A DNA stretch of 64,000 nucleotides from an uncultured virus (IMG/VR IMGVR_UViG_3300047320_000362) (IMGVR_UViG_3300047320_000362), one strand, 5' to 3'; positions 26,771 to 37,449 are shown, numbered from the stretch's first letter. Numbers and translations: made by a program. Notes: generated by a model not told the origin, from the sequence alone.

Positions 26771-27397
26771 ATGAGCAACGGCAGTCCGGCGACACTTGCG
26801 CGGCTTGTGGAAGTCGATGACTACCCTTTCCTCTTTTCTCCGGAGTACGCCCTGAGGGTGGAGGCGCTTCATGCGGGCTACCGCGTGAGCGCCCATCCGA
26901 GCGACGACACGGATGAACCTGGCCAGAACGGCTTCGTGGGCGGACGAACCGAGGTCGCCATGGCCATCGGATTGTCGGATGCGGAGCTGGACAACCTGTT
27001 CGACCTCCTTGACACGGATCTGGCGCATGCGAAGAAATGGATGCTGGCGGACGCGCAGGAGGGGCACCTCGGCCCAGTCGGCGAGATAACGGGCTGGGAC
27101 GCAATCAGAGAGACGGATCCGGTCGACTACATGCTGTATCTCTCCGGAGCCGGAGACGAGGCACGCTACCACACCCACGCCGATGGCGAACTCAGCGGTA
27201 GCGCCGCGGTCAAGACGAGGATCCGCGAGAGGGATAGAGAGAGCCAGGGCATCCTCGGGAAGGGGCTTCCGCACGATGCCAGAGGTCACGTTCTCGGCGA
27301 TCTGATGTTCGGGTACAACGCCGCCCTCGAGCATGCTCTCGACGGATGGATCCGCGAAGGAGGTCTCCTCGCTCCTGCGCCGGATGTCGGCTCGTAG
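26771..27397 (+). CDS. hypothetical protein
   Basis: 208-aa ORF, GAGG SD. Confidence 0.65.
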   Translation: MSNGSPATLARLVEVDDYPFLFSPEYALRVEALHAGYRVSAHPSDDTDEPGQNGFVGGRTEVAMAIGLSDAELDNLFDLLDTDLAHAKKWMLADAQEGHLGPVGEITGWDAIRETDPVDYMLYLSGAGDEARYHTHADGELSGSAAVKTRIRERDRESQGILGKGLPHDARGHVLGDLMFGYNAALEHALDGWIREGGLLAPAPDVGS

Positions 27398-27471
27398 ATC
27401 CCGTTGCTTCCTTGATCCAGACTGCCGGCCGCTCCAGACTTGTTGTCTACGGATAACCTGAAGGAATACCG

Positions 27472-27738
27472 ATGCAGGACGAGCTGTCACTGAAGTGGGG
27501 CAAGATGAAATCGTGGAGCCTGCGCTCCGGCCCCGCCCGCGTCGCCGGGCAGAAGTACATCGATCTGGCCAAGGCCACTAAGTGGGAGGACTGGGATGGG
27601 TCCGACGCCCAGAAGCAGTGCCTGTGCGAGATCATCGATGCGGTCAACTGCGACATCACGAATGACTGGAACGGCTCCGTCATCTCAAAGGCAGACGCGA
27701 AGCGCTACGTCATGATGGAGACGCAGCCCTTCGCCTGA
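27472..27738 (+). CDS. phage-like hypothetical protein
   Basis: LSLKWG..K.W ... CEIIDAV...I.NDWNG pattern; AAGGA SD. Confidence 0.65.
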   Translation: MQDELSLKWGKMKSWSLRSGPARVAGQKYIDLAKATKWEDWDGSDAQKQCLCEIIDAVNCDITNDWNGSVISKADAKRYVMMETQPFA

Positions 27739-27748
27739 CCTGCTTCTG

Positions 27749-28120
27749 TCAGTTCCGGCTGTCGAATTCGGGGATGCCCGGCTTCCTGATGGCCAAGGCG
27801 AAGAAGTCCAGCCTGAGACCTGCTGGACTTTCGAAGAATTCCGAGAGGCTGCGGAACGCCCGCCATCCATGCTCCGCCCTGTGCGAATCCTGCAGGGTCT
27901 CTACCATGCTTCCTGCGCCGCGCACCATGAACGCGGTCGAGCCTTCGTAGTATGGCGAGGATACTACGATCTTCGCGGCATCGTCGCCGTGCTCCACATC
28001 GATCTGCAGAACGCCCTTGGATGGGGACCTGACAAGATGCAGGCCTTCAGCGGGAATGTCCTGCGCTCCCATGATATTCTGAACCGGGATCGGCTGGTCT
28101 GTGATCGTCGCGGCTTCCAT
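27749..28120 (-). CDS. hypothetical protein
   Basis: ATG 28120, GGAGGGAG SD. Confidence 0.6.
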   Translation of the reverse strand: MEAATITDQPIPVQNIMGAQDIPAEGLHLVRSPSKGVLQIDVEHGDDAAKIVVSSPYYEGSTAFMVRGAGSMVETLQDSHRAEHGWRAFRSLSEFFESPAGLRLDFFALAIRKPGIPEFDSRN

Positions 28121-28193
28121 GGATCTCCCTCCGTTTAGGGGAGACCATTGTCGGCCGGCTATCGGATGCAATGCCCGATCGCACCCGGAGGCC

Positions 28194-28637
28194 TTAGGGA
28201 TGCGGCTGGTTCTCGGATTCCCTGATGCGCTCGAGCAGCGGATCCACGAAGGTGCGGGCGAGGCGGAAGGAGATCGGCGCACCCTGGTTCTCGACATACC
28301 ATTCCTGGATGTCGGCCTTCGTGCCCACGCCCCAGCCAGCCACCTCGTCGTCGGCGTCGCCGTGGTAGCGATCCACGATGTCATCGATGTCGTGCGTGCC
28401 GTCGATATCTACAAACCTTCCATCCGGACGCATCACGCCCCAGTGCAGCGAGGATCCGCCGCCAAGCGCGCCATCATGGACGTTGTGGCCGTCGGTGATG
28501 CCGATGATCTTCCATCCGGTGGCCTCGTTCATGGCATAGGCCAGGGCCGCGCAGGCACCCGTGCTGAAGGCGTGCTCGGCAGCGCCGTCGATGACGCCGG
28601 GAGTAAGGCGGTCTTCGCTAAGGTAGGTCATTCCCAT
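28194..28637 (-). CDS. putative Cys-His-Asp (papain/transglutaminase-like) protein
   Basis: FSTGACAALA ... LHWGV ... DGRFVDIDG. Confidence 0.55.
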   Translation of the reverse strand: MGMTYLSEDRLTPGVIDGAAEHAFSTGACAALAYAMNEATGWKIIGITDGHNVHDGALGGGSSLHWGVMRPDGRFVDIDGTHDIDDIVDRYHGDADDEVAGWGVGTKADIQEWYVENQGAPISFRLARTFVDPLLERIRESENQPHP

Positions 28638-28774
28638 GTCTCCTCAAGGCACTGTTCCGATCGTCGTTCTATGACGGTATCGCCTTGCCCGGCAACGGAC
28701 AACGCGACCGGTCTCGGGGCTTGATCGGTGCATGATTGCGGAAGATCTTGTCTTTCAACGGACAGGAAACATGA

Positions 28775-29311
28775 ATGCGCCTCTGGATATCGCCGGAACT
28801 GGAAAAGATCGAGATCGAGGATGGGGGTTCGCACTCCATGACGATCGTCGATGATCCGCTGCGCTACGGGCTCGATCCGGTCGCGGTCGCCGACTACATG
28901 CGCGAGATAAACGACGAGGACGACGACGCGCAGTTCGATTTCGAGACGGTGATCTCGCTTGCGGAAATGGCGGGATGGGTACGAACGTCGCGGGATGGTG
29001 CGCGTCAGGACGGCGAGATCGCCATCAGCGCCTGCGATGTCCGTCGCGCACGCAAGGCCATCAGGAGCCTCATCGAGGACGGGCATCATTTCCCGGGCGG
29101 CATAAAGCTCCACATCGAACGCATCGAGGGAAGCCTGATCGTGAGCGAATACCGCGATCTCGATGGCGAGGCGCTCGACCTCTTCCTTCACAACGGACGG
29201 TTGCCAATGGCGCGCCGCGATGTGACGTCCGTCGAACCCGAGAGCATGCCACTCATCAAGGCTGTGCTCGATGCACGCAGATATGGTGCGGCAGTTCCGC
29301 ACCATCATTGA
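28775..29311 (+). CDS. hypothetical protein
   Basis: AGGA SD, 178 aa. Confidence 0.65.
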   Translation: MRLWISPELEKIEIEDGGSHSMTIVDDPLRYGLDPVAVADYMREINDEDDDAQFDFETVISLAEMAGWVRTSRDGARQDGEIAISACDVRRARKAIRSLIEDGHHFPGGIKLHIERIEGSLIVSEYRDLDGEALDLFLHNGRLPMARRDVTSVEPESMPLIKAVLDARRYGAAVPHHH

Positions 29312-29333
29312 ACACCCACAGGAGAACAACATC

Positions 29334-29978
29334 ATGAGCCAGAACAAGCGTCCAATGGCGGAAGTGTCCGTCTACGCCGTCACATCGAGGGATCTTGACA
29401 CCCTCAGGGAGATGAAAGGCGTCGTCTCGTCCCAGAACCCTCTGCGCGTCCACCGGAACGCCTACGGCCTTCTCGTCAGCCTTGGAATGTTCCACAACGG
29501 CCAGAACGATGCTGACAGACGCCTTGCCGCTCTCGGGTTTTCGACGGACATCATCCGCACCCTGGCGGTTGCGGCCGAAGGCGGCGCCTCCTATCTCGAC
29601 ATCAACGCAAACGCATCTGGAAAGATCACGGCAAAATCCTACCTCGACCTGTCGACTGCGCATCTCCGGGTCAAGGATGGCGACCTCCTCGAAGGCATCG
29701 GCTCCAGCAGGATCGTGGGATCGGTACCGCTGCTCGCCCATAGCACCGAGCACGGCTACGTGGTCGACATGTCCTTCGTTCGCACCGCAGCCGAACTCAA
29801 GGAATTCGGGTTCTCCGACGAATTCGTCGCTCTCATCGCTCTCGCCCGGGAAAACGAGGCGTCCTTCATTGATTTTGACACTGATGCTGACTACGAGCCG
29901 GGCTACACGATCTTCGACCAGATCACGGACGCGGATGTCACCGCAGACCATTTCGAGGATGCTCCGGCACCGAATTGA
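29334..29978 (+). CDS. DUF5983-like protein with internal duplication
   Basis: YLDLSTAHL; two repeats of G...LGFS...L.A...ASY/F.D. Confidence 0.6.
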   Translation: MSQNKRPMAEVSVYAVTSRDLDTLREMKGVVSSQNPLRVHRNAYGLLVSLGMFHNGQNDADRRLAALGFSTDIIRTLAVAAEGGASYLDINANASGKITAKSYLDLSTAHLRVKDGDLLEGIGSSRIVGSVPLLAHSTEHGYVVDMSFVRTAAELKEFGFSDEFVALIALARENEASFIDFDTDADYEPGYTIFDQITDADVTADHFEDAPAPN

Positions 29979-30025
29979 TTCGCGCAGGGGAGAGCGATCA
30001 ACCCTGCTATCAGCGACCGGGCAAG

Positions 30026-30150
30026 GAATCCTTATCCGGTCGCATTGGAAGCGCGCGCGGCTGACATCGAAGACACTGAAAGTGCGGCCTTTCTGCACTG
30101 TCCCAAAGGATTCGCCAATCCTTGCCTCTGAGACCAACAAATCCGTTGAC
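30026..30150 (+). promoter_or_regulatory. rpoD upstream region with GAATCCTT, an AAGGATT-CGCC-AATCCTT palindrome and GTTGAC
   Basis: Motifs at 30026, 30106-30123, 30145. Confidence 0.55.
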
Positions 30151-30245
30151 CCGCTCTTCACATTCCATCTCTCGCGCCCTACATTCATATTTCCCCGCTT
30201 ACTGTTAGGACGTTTATCGTCCGGACGCGAAAGGACTGCGACCGC

Positions 30246-32252
30246 ATGGCTACTTCGGCTGAAAAAATCGATGCAACCGACACTGCCTCTGGCCCCGACC
30301 GTCCGCTCCTGGACATGACCGACTTTGCGGTCAAGCGCATGATCGCTGCGGCGAAGAAGCGCGGCCACGTCAGCATGGACACGCTCAACACCGTGATCTC
30401 CACCGACGAGATGTCAGCCGAGGCCATCGAAGACATGCTCGCCATGATCTCCGACATGGGCATCAACATCGTGGAGGACGACGAAGCCGACGACTACGAC
30501 GGCGAGGGCGACGGGCACGAGGAGGAAGAGGAGCCGGAGACCCAGATCGCGGTCGCCAGCCCCAAGGCCCTCGCAGCCAGCAAGAAGAAGGAGCCGACCG
30601 ATCGCACCGACGATCCCGTGCGCATGTATCTGCGCGAGATGGGTTCGGTCCAGCTTCTGTCGAGAGAAGGCGAGATCGCCATCGCCAAGCGCATCGAATC
30701 CGGCAAGGAGACGATGATCGCCGGCCTCTGTGAAAGCCCCCTGACATTCCAAGCCATCATCATCTGGCGCGACGAGCTGCTGCAGGGCACGACCCTTCTT
30801 CGTGACATCATCGACCTCGACGCAACCTACTCCGGGCCGGAGGCGAAGGCCGCGCCGGAATTCAAGAGCGCCGAACAGCTCGAACTCGAACGCAAGGCAG
30901 CGGAAGAGAAGGAGCGTGCGCGCAAGGCGCGGCAGGCCGAGGAAGACATCACCAATGTCGGCGGGGAGGCTCCGGTCGTCGAGGAGAGCGAAGACGACGA
31001 CAGCACTCTCTCCATCGTCGCCATGGAGGCGGAACTGCTGCCGCAGGTGACGGTGATCCTGAACGAGATCGCCGATATCTACGCCTCGCTGCGCAACCTG
31101 CAGGGCAAAGCCCATCTCTCCGCGGCCGAGCAGGAGCGTCTTTCCGCCTTCAGGACCGACCTCATCGCCTCCGTGAAGAAGCTGTCGCTTCACCACAAGC
31201 GCGTCGAAAGCCTCCTCGAACAGCTCTTCGCAATCTCGAAGAATCTCCTCGGCAGCGAGGGCCGCCTGCTGCGTCTGGCGGAATCGCACGGCGTTCGCCG
31301 CGACGACTTCCTCGCCCACTACAGCGGCCACGAGCTTGATGCGAACTGGATCGACCAGATCTCCCAGCTCCCGGGCAAATGGAAGGCGTTCGCGGAAAGG
31401 GAGGCCGACACCATCAAGTCGATCCTCGGAGATATCCAGACGCTCGTCGCAGACACTGGTATCACGCCCGGAGAATTCCGGCGCATCGTGGCTCAGGTCC
31501 AGAAGGGCGAGCGCGAGGCGCGCGTCGCCAAGAAGGAGATGGTCGAAGCCAACCTCCGTCTGGTCATCTCGATCGCGAAGAAGTACACGAACCGCGGCCT
31601 GCAGTTCCTTGATCTTATTCAGGAAGGCAACATCGGACTGATGAAGGCGGTCGACAAGTTCGAGTACCGCCGCGGCTACAAGTTCTCGACCTACGCCACA
31701 TGGTGGATCCGGCAGGCGATCACCCGCTCCATCGCCGACCAGGCACGCACGATCCGCATTCCGGTGCACATGATCGAGACCGTGAACAAGATCATCCGGA
31801 CATCGCGCCAGATGCTTCACTCGCTCGGTCGCGAGCCGACCCCCGAGGAGCTGTCGGAGGTGCTCAAGATGCCTCTGGACAAGGTTCAGAAGACGCTGAA
31901 GATCGCAAGGGAGCCGATCTCGCTCGAAACCCCGGTGGGCGACGAGGACGGTGACTCCAGCGTCGGCGACTTCATCGAGGACAAGGGCGCTGTGCTCCCG
32001 ATCGATGCGGCCGTGGCGGCGAACCTGCGCGAGACGACGACAAAGGTTCTGGCCACCCTGACGGCGAGGGAGGAGCGGGTGCTGCGCATGCGCTTCGGCA
32101 TCGGCATGAATACCGACCACACGCTCGAAGAGGTCGGCGTGCAGTTCTCGGTCACGAGGGAGCGCATCCGCCAGATCGAGGCGAAGGCGCTGCGCAAGCT
32201 CAAGCATCCGAGCCGCAGCCGTGCGCTGCGCACCTTCCTCGAAGCATCGTAG
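30246..32252 (+). CDS. rpoD: RNA polymerase primary sigma factor (sigma70), element-borne paralog
   Basis: Region 1.1, [11 protein letters not shown] (1.2), [55 protein letters not shown]. Confidence 0.97.
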   Translation: MATSAEKIDATDTASGPDRPLLDMTDFAVKRMIAAAKKRGHVSMDTLNTVISTDEMSAEAIEDMLAMISDMGINIVEDDEADDYDGEGDGHEEEEEPETQIAVASPKALAASKKKEPTDRTDDPVRMYLREMGSVQLLSREGEIAIAKRIESGKETMIAGLCESPLTFQAIIIWRDELLQGTTLLRDIIDLDATYSGPEAKAAPEFKSAEQLELERKAAEEKERARKARQAEEDITNVGGEAPVVEESEDDDSTLSIVAMEAELLPQVTVILNEIADIYASLRNLQGKAHLSAAEQERLSAFRTDLIASVKKLSLHHKRVESLLEQLFAISKNLLGSEGRLLRLAESHGVRRDDFLAHYSGHELDANWIDQISQLPGKWKAFAEREADTIKSILGDIQTLVADTGITPGEFRRIVAQVQKGEREARVAKKEMVEANLRLVISIAKKYTNRGLQFLDLIQEGNIGLMKAVDKFEYRRGYKFSTYATWWIRQAITRSIADQARTIRIPVHMIETVNKIIRTSRQMLHSLGREPTPEELSEVLKMPLDKVQKTLKIAREPISLETPVGDEDGDSSVGDFIEDKGAVLPIDAAVAANLRETTTKVLATLTAREERVLRMRFGIGMNTDHTLEEVGVQFSVTRERIRQIEAKALRKLKHPSRSRALRTFLEAS

Positions 32253-32267
32253 GAAGGGCCGAAGATG

Positions 32268-32298
32268 AGCCTGCCTTCCCGACACCAGAAGGCAGGCT
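32268..32298 (+). terminator. hairpin after rpoD
   Basis: AGCCTGCCTTC / GAAGGCAGGCT 11-bp stem. Confidence 0.65.
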
Positions 32299-32389
32299 GT
32301 CGGTTGTTCCGCCAATGCCGCGGCGACCTCGATAGCCTAAGCCCATACAAATCATTGACGATTTTCGTGGAATATGGTTCATTTCATCC

Positions 32390-32803
32390 ATGAGTACGGT
32401 GGAACCAAATCTTGGCATCTATGAGAATGAAGGCGTGGCTCTGGCGGAGCTTGTACGTCGGCTTGTGGACGGCCTGAATCCGCAACAGGTTTTCCTATTC
32501 GGTAGCCGAGCGCGCAGGGATCATCGTCCTGATAGCGATTTTGATTTCTTAGTAGTCACCAATGTTGAAGATGGTGAGAATGGGCGGGACTGGGGTTGGG
32601 TTCGCAAGCCGCTCAGAGGGAGTGGCGTTGGCTGCGATGTCGTTCCTGTTCGTATTGATGATTTCGAAGCCGAACTTCACAGTGGTATCAGCATGATCCC
32701 TTCGATCATGCATGAAGCTGTGAAGGTATATGATGTCAAAGAAGGTTTCCGGATACCTGGTCTTGGCCGATCGGGAACTAGCGGCAGCAAGATGTTTGCA
32801 TGA
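32390..32803 (+). CDS. minimal nucleotidyltransferase (MNT) antitoxin
   Basis: LFGSRAR...DSDFDFLVV. Confidence 0.88.
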   Translation: MSTVEPNLGIYENEGVALAELVRRLVDGLNPQQVFLFGSRARRDHRPDSDFDFLVVTNVEDGENGRDWGWVRKPLRGSGVGCDVVPVRIDDFEAELHSGISMIPSIMHEAVKVYDVKEGFRIPGLGRSGTSGSKMFA

Positions 32804-33140
32804 GAATGAATTCAAAGGGCAGGCGATGTATTTCATCGCGCAAGCTGCGGAGAAAGCAGCGAGGGCTATCATCGAGGCATCTGGCCTCTACGCTGGCACC
32901 ACCCATAGTTTTGATCAGCTAGGTTCGAAACTGAACGTAGATCATCCTTACAGAGAACGAATTCTTGATTTCGATGAAGCTCTTTCAGGTGCTTCAACTA
33001 GATATCGTTACCCTACCGAAAGTGGCCAAGTTAGAGAGCCGACCTACTCCAATGTCGAAAAATATCTGGGTGATGTAGCGGAATTTATTGAAGAAGCTCG
33101 CCGCTTTATCGTCTCCACGCATTTCAATTTCCGCAGATGA
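32730..33140 (+). CDS. HEPN-domain protein (MNT-HEPN toxin)
   Basis: A..EL.AA, QAAEKA.RA, TH...L, TRYRYP; overlaps MNT. Confidence 0.85.
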   Translation: MMSKKVSGYLVLADRELAAARCLHENEFKGQAMYFIAQAAEKAARAIIEASGLYAGTTHSFDQLGSKLNVDHPYRERILDFDEALSGASTRYRYPTESGQVREPTYSNVEKYLGDVAEFIEEARRFIVSTHFNFRR

Positions 33141-33284
33141 ATCACGTGGCGAAGCCCATAGAGCATGTCGCCTTGGCCAAGGTGGGTCTCATCCGCAGAG
33201 CGTCAGACCTTCGCGCTGGCGATCAAGGGTTTGTCCCATTCGGCGCCCGTTCGTACGCTTGCCTCTTCAAGTGAGGAGAATTCC

Positions 33285-33992
33285 ATGACCGATGAAGCAG
33301 AACGCCGCATCCGATTTTTCGAGGTGACTGCGGAACGTGACGAGCAACTGCAGGCCTTCCATGACGAGAAGACGGCCTACAACGCCGAGTTCAAGAAAGA
33401 AGTCGAGACCCGCTGGCGCAAGGAAAACCCGCGCAAGGTCTTCACGTGGGCGAAGGCGGCCGCCTCCTCGTGGTACAAGGAAACCTACGACCAGGCTCTG
33501 CGCGGCTTGAACGCCATCCTGGACAGACATGAGCTTGAGACCGCGTCTTTCAGCAAGCATCTAGCGGAGCTCGCCGAGGATCTCCCCCTCGAACGCACCG
33601 AGGATGAGGTCAGGTGGGACTTCAACTACGACTCCCACTATGCGAGCCAGGGGTACGGAGCCGCCAGCTACGCGAAGAACTCCCTGAAGTTGAAGGGCCT
33701 CAAGGCTCAGTTACATGGCCTCGACTGCGAGGTTCGCGAAATCGACCCGGTTGTCGACGGCGGCGGTAGCCGCTGCTTCGGCCTGTTCCTGAAGACGACG
33801 GAGCAGGATCTCGCCATCCTCGACGCGAAGCCGGAACCCGGAATGAGGGATATCGTGCAGTTCTGCTGGCGTTCCGGTGCGAACCCGCGTGTCTACTTCC
33901 CGTTCCTCCCGCACGGCTTCGAGGAACAGAACGGACTGGACTTCTTCGGAAACGACATCACCGCGGGAGAGCGCCCGGCGCGGCGCATGTAA
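33285..33992 (+). CDS. hypothetical protein
   Basis: ATG 33285, GAGGAG SD. Confidence 0.7.
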   Translation: MTDEAERRIRFFEVTAERDEQLQAFHDEKTAYNAEFKKEVETRWRKENPRKVFTWAKAAASSWYKETYDQALRGLNAILDRHELETASFSKHLAELAEDLPLERTEDEVRWDFNYDSHYASQGYGAASYAKNSLKLKGLKAQLHGLDCEVREIDPVVDGGGSRCFGLFLKTTEQDLAILDAKPEPGMRDIVQFCWRSGANPRVYFPFLPHGFEEQNGLDFFGNDITAGERPARRM

Positions 33993-34036
33993 GCGTTACG
34001 CCCGAACGACAGTCGGCTGAGGGTAGTCGTGGTTCG

Positions 34037-35050
34037 TCATGGCGCGCCGGGGCGATCTCCCCATCTGCCGAGCGGCAGGCCCGCATCTTCGGCACGGTGT
34101 GCGCCGAGCAACTTGTCGGGGTGCATCGCGCGCAAAACTGTGGCGTCATCGAGAATGCGACGAAGCTTCGTATAGGTTTCTGGCGCAAGAAGCGGATGAC
34201 GACGTTCACTCTCGGGCAGGTCGACATCCAATGTCCTATCGCGCGCTTTCATGTACTCGTCCTCATGGTCGCGCCGAAACTCCGAGAGAAGGTTCATCGC
34301 GTACCGTTGCGCAGGCCGAAGTTGGTGCCGATCAACAAAGGTTCTCACGATGAAGTTGATCTCGTAGTCGGAGGGGTGGCCCAGGATTCCTTGACGGGCG
34401 CCAATCTTGTTGTACTTCATGGTGTACGAATGGACCAAAGGAAGCCTCACATATTCTCCCAGCAGCATGCCTTCGTCGTTCGTCGTGGGCAAACTAAGTC
34501 TGTAGTCGAGCTTCGTGGCCGACGTTTCACTCGCTTCCTGGATGAGCCACGACCAATCAGCTAGTTCGGCAGCGAGTGCCTCGAAAGGCAGCGTTGCGGC
34601 CGCCGCTCGTTCAACGAGGCGTTCGGCCGCGTGATACAGGAAAGCGACGTTTAGAGGATGAAGCTCCAGTTTGACGACCTTTGGGGTGATCGCCAGGCGA
34701 AGATTGTACAGTCGGTATAGGGAATCCAAGCCGGCGTACCTCTTACGCGACTTCAATACGACGGTATAACTGACATCGAGCGCGCCGCTTTTCGGACGCG
34801 CTCTTGTGGGGCCGATCTCCCGGTATCTAGCATCCACAACGTGAAAGGCAGCCAATGTAAAGCTGTCGCAGTCTCGGAACATCGTCTGCATATCGGCCTG
34901 AGAAAGTTTCTTTCCACGCGCATATTGCCGCAAAACCAGACGTTCGATTTCATCCCAGAGCTGCCGCACGGAATCATCCGCGCTATCCACGCTCATTTCG
35001 TCATTCACGAGAGTCCTTATCCCGCTGGCATCCAAATCACGATGGCGCAT
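34037..35050 (-). CDS. hypothetical protein (337 aa)
   Basis: Long ORF; HAAERL motif. Confidence 0.65.
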   Translation of the reverse strand: MRHRDLDASGIRTLVNDEMSVDSADDSVRQLWDEIERLVLRQYARGKKLSQADMQTMFRDCDSFTLAAFHVVDARYREIGPTRARPKSGALDVSYTVVLKSRKRYAGLDSLYRLYNLRLAITPKVVKLELHPLNVAFLYHAAERLVERAAAATLPFEALAAELADWSWLIQEASETSATKLDYRLSLPTTNDEGMLLGEYVRLPLVHSYTMKYNKIGARQGILGHPSDYEINFIVRTFVDRHQLRPAQRYAMNLLSEFRRDHEDEYMKARDRTLDVDLPESERRHPLLAPETYTKLRRILDDATVLRAMHPDKLLGAHRAEDAGLPLGRWGDRPGAP

Positions 35051-35165
35051 TATTCCCCCGCATCGGCATGATCCGCTTTCCTTACCACGTTCAACGGTGT
35101 GCTTTCAAATGCGGAAACCCCGACTAGGAAGTGCACATGCAGGCCGATCCGCCGGACGGCATCGG

Positions 35166-36257
35166 CTAGAGGTAGGTCGTGCTGTCGGTCGCGCTGAGGT
35201 GTTCAATGTTGTCGAGCAGGCTGTGGATGCGGCACACGTGAAGATGCGGCCTTCGGTAGCGCGTCGCAGCGTCCTTGTTCTCCACCAGATAGCTTCTATG
35301 GATGTCGACAGACGAATTCCTCATCCGACGCACCACGGCGACCTCGAGGGATCCTGCCCTGAAGCCCTCGACAAAGGCGACCACGGCCTCCTTGTGCTTC
35401 GGAGCGATATTTCCGCCCCAGACCAGAAGATCCTCCAGAAGCTCCTTCGTGTCCCGGCCATGCCGCGGCACCGGATAGGGTCGGATGCGATCACGATGCC
35501 AGAACCAGGCATTGAGTTCGGCGAAGGTGCCCCTGTCATCGTGGTGGCGATGGCAGACGCCGTAGAGATCACGCATGCGATACCGAGCTTCGTAGTCGTC
35601 GCCCTCGTCGAGCATCAGTCCGATGTTGGCGTATGCCACGAGCGCCGCCTTGCGGGACTTCTCATCGTCGTCGCGGTCGAGCTTCCTCTTGAGACCCCAT
35701 TTCACACCCGCCGGCTTGGCGCGCTCACTCTCCAGCGCCTCGAGCCTCGCCAGGACCAGCGACAATGCCCTGCCGCGGCCGATCCCGTGCGCATCCAGAG
35801 CCGAAGCCAGAGCGACCTCCCAACCGGGCGTCATCTCCACGTAGGCCTGAAATCCTTCCCCGGCGGACATCAGTCTGTATCCGGAATGCATCATCCAGAC
35901 CGCCCACGTCCGATCCTCGGGAGCGAGATGCGATCCTTCAAGAAGGGGACAGTGGGCCGCGAGGAAGCCGACCACATCAGCGCTGGCATTCAGAAACGTG
36001 ACGTCGGTGTTTTGTCCTGCCTCGGTTTTCGCCGTGAAGGCATCCCACTTGCCGCTGCGCGCGGCATCGCATATCTGCGACACGTAGGTAGCAAGCTCGT
36101 CCTCGGAGCACCCGAGCAGAAGTGGCTCCAGCACGTCCATCGGGCCTCCCAGCTTTTTCGCAAGCCCAATGGCAACATCCCGGCGAAGACTCGACAACAG
36201 ACTCACTCCTGACTGGTTTCCTCCCTCCATCATTCGACCAGGAGTCCATCGGCGCAA
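35166..36257 (-). CDS. hypothetical protein (start uncertain)
   Basis: Long ORF. Confidence 0.65.
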   Translation of the reverse strand: MRRWTPGRMMEGGNQSGVSLLSSLRRDVAIGLAKKLGGPMDVLEPLLLGCSEDELATYVSQICDAARSGKWDAFTAKTEAGQNTDVTFLNASADVVGFLAAHCPLLEGSHLAPEDRTWAVWMMHSGYRLMSAGEGFQAYVEMTPGWEVALASALDAHGIGRGRALSLVLARLEALESERAKPAGVKWGLKRKLDRDDDEKSRKAALVAYANIGLMLDEGDDYEARYRMRDLYGVCHRHHDDRGTFAELNAWFWHRDRIRPYPVPRHGRDTKELLEDLLVWGGNIAPKHKEAVVAFVEGFRAGSLEVAVVRRMRNSSVDIHRSYLVENKDAATRYRRPHLHVCRIHSLLDNIEHLSATDSTTYL

Positions 36258-36270
36258 TCAGGGAGGGGAC

Positions 36271-36636
36271 TTATGCAGTCAGCATTGTCTGCGCAGGGAG
36301 ATCAGTCAGCCAGAATTTCTTGCCATCGATGACGACGGGAGGACGGGTGTCGTCTTCGCCTGGAGTAAGGGCGAGGATGATCGTGAAAGGCCATTCGGTC
36401 GCGGAGACGGCGTTCGCAAGATGACCGACATGAATGTTGATTGCCTCCCGGATAGGTCTGGTCTGCTGCAGGAACCGTTGGTACCGGGCATCCCGTTCGT
36501 CGCGCGGGCAGTCCGCCATCTCCTTGAGATCCTTGTGAACGGCGGTTTCGCAAGCTGCCAGATCCTCCTTCAAGGCGTCCAGCACTGCGAAATACTCCGG
36601 ATGCTTCGTTCTCATCGATTCCAGATTGATAGCCAT
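36271..36636 (-). CDS. hypothetical protein
   Basis: AAAGGAG SD. Confidence 0.65.
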   Translation of the reverse strand: MAINLESMRTKHPEYFAVLDALKEDLAACETAVHKDLKEMADCPRDERDARYQRFLQQTRPIREAINIHVGHLANAVSATEWPFTIILALTPGEDDTRPPVVIDGKKFWLTDLPAQTMLTA

Positions 36637-36686
36637 CTAAATCTCCTTTGCCGCAACTAATCACGAAGGACTGGGCGCTTCAAGCA

Positions 36687-36733
36687 AATCCTTCAGATGC
36701 GGGTGAATCCTTTGATGCAATAAATGTTGACAA
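36687..36733 (+). promoter_or_regulatory. two AATCCTT sites upstream of a TGTTGACAA -35 box
   Basis: Motifs at 36687, 36705, 36725. Confidence 0.6.
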
Positions 36734-36785
36734 TTCACGACCGCATAGATTAGATGACGACGAATAGCACCCGAGGGGACGCAGG

Positions 36786-37067
36786 ATGTACAAGACAGGC
36801 ATCATCACCAACACCAAGAACGGCACCTTCCACCCAATCTACTTCCGTATGGCGCCTCTGCCCGGCGGCGCGGAACTCTCGAGCGGTCACGAGCGCTACA
36901 AGTCGGCGTTCCACCACACGGGCGGGTTCCCGACGCTTGAAGCCGCCGAAGCCAGCATCGTCTCCGCGGCCGAACTGCCCGATTCTCCTGTGGTCGGAAC
37001 GTCTGACAGTGGTCGTCGCTGGGAATGGGACGGCGAGGGCATCCCGGCGATCGTGGATTTCTTCTGA
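36786..37067 (+). CDS. hypothetical protein
   Basis: GAGGGG SD, ATG. Confidence 0.65.
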   Translation: MYKTGIITNTKNGTFHPIYFRMAPLPGGAELSSGHERYKSAFHHTGGFPTLEAAEASIVSAAELPDSPVVGTSDSGRRWEWDGEGIPAIVDFF

Positions 37068-37107
37068 TCGTTCACCACCAATTTCACGCGACAGCTAGAG
37101 ATCGCAC

Positions 37108-37311
37108 ATGTCAGACTTCACGCCGGCACAGGCCAAAAGCTGGGTCGCACAGGAAGCCGCGAAGCATACGACACCGGCCTCGATCCGCCAGCGTATCGCG
37201 ACTGAGCAGAAACAGGCCGAAGATCCAATCATGAAGAAGATCTCGGCGGACTTCCCCAACTCAACGAAGGCGCATCTCGACCTGATCGCAGTGCTCGAAG
37301 CGCGGCTCTAG
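37108..37311 (+). CDS. small hypothetical protein
   Basis: ATG, co-oriented with neighbours. Confidence 0.55.
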   Translation: MSDFTPAQAKSWVAQEAAKHTTPASIRQRIATEQKQAEDPIMKKISADFPNSTKAHLDLIAVLEARL

Positions 37312-37416
37312 TAAGCCGACTTTCGTTACAGCACCCCAAGCAGATCTTGCACCCGACCGCCGTCCAGGGGAAGATGATGGAAACGGGTGTTCCGCCACCC
37401 CAAGTGCGGACCTGAA

Positions 37417-37449
37417 AAACGGGAACTGGATGCTGTCCAGTTCCCGTTT
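37417..37449. terminator. perfect 14-bp hairpin
   Basis: AAACGGGAACTGGA-TGCTG-TCCAGTTCCCGTTT. Confidence 0.65.
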
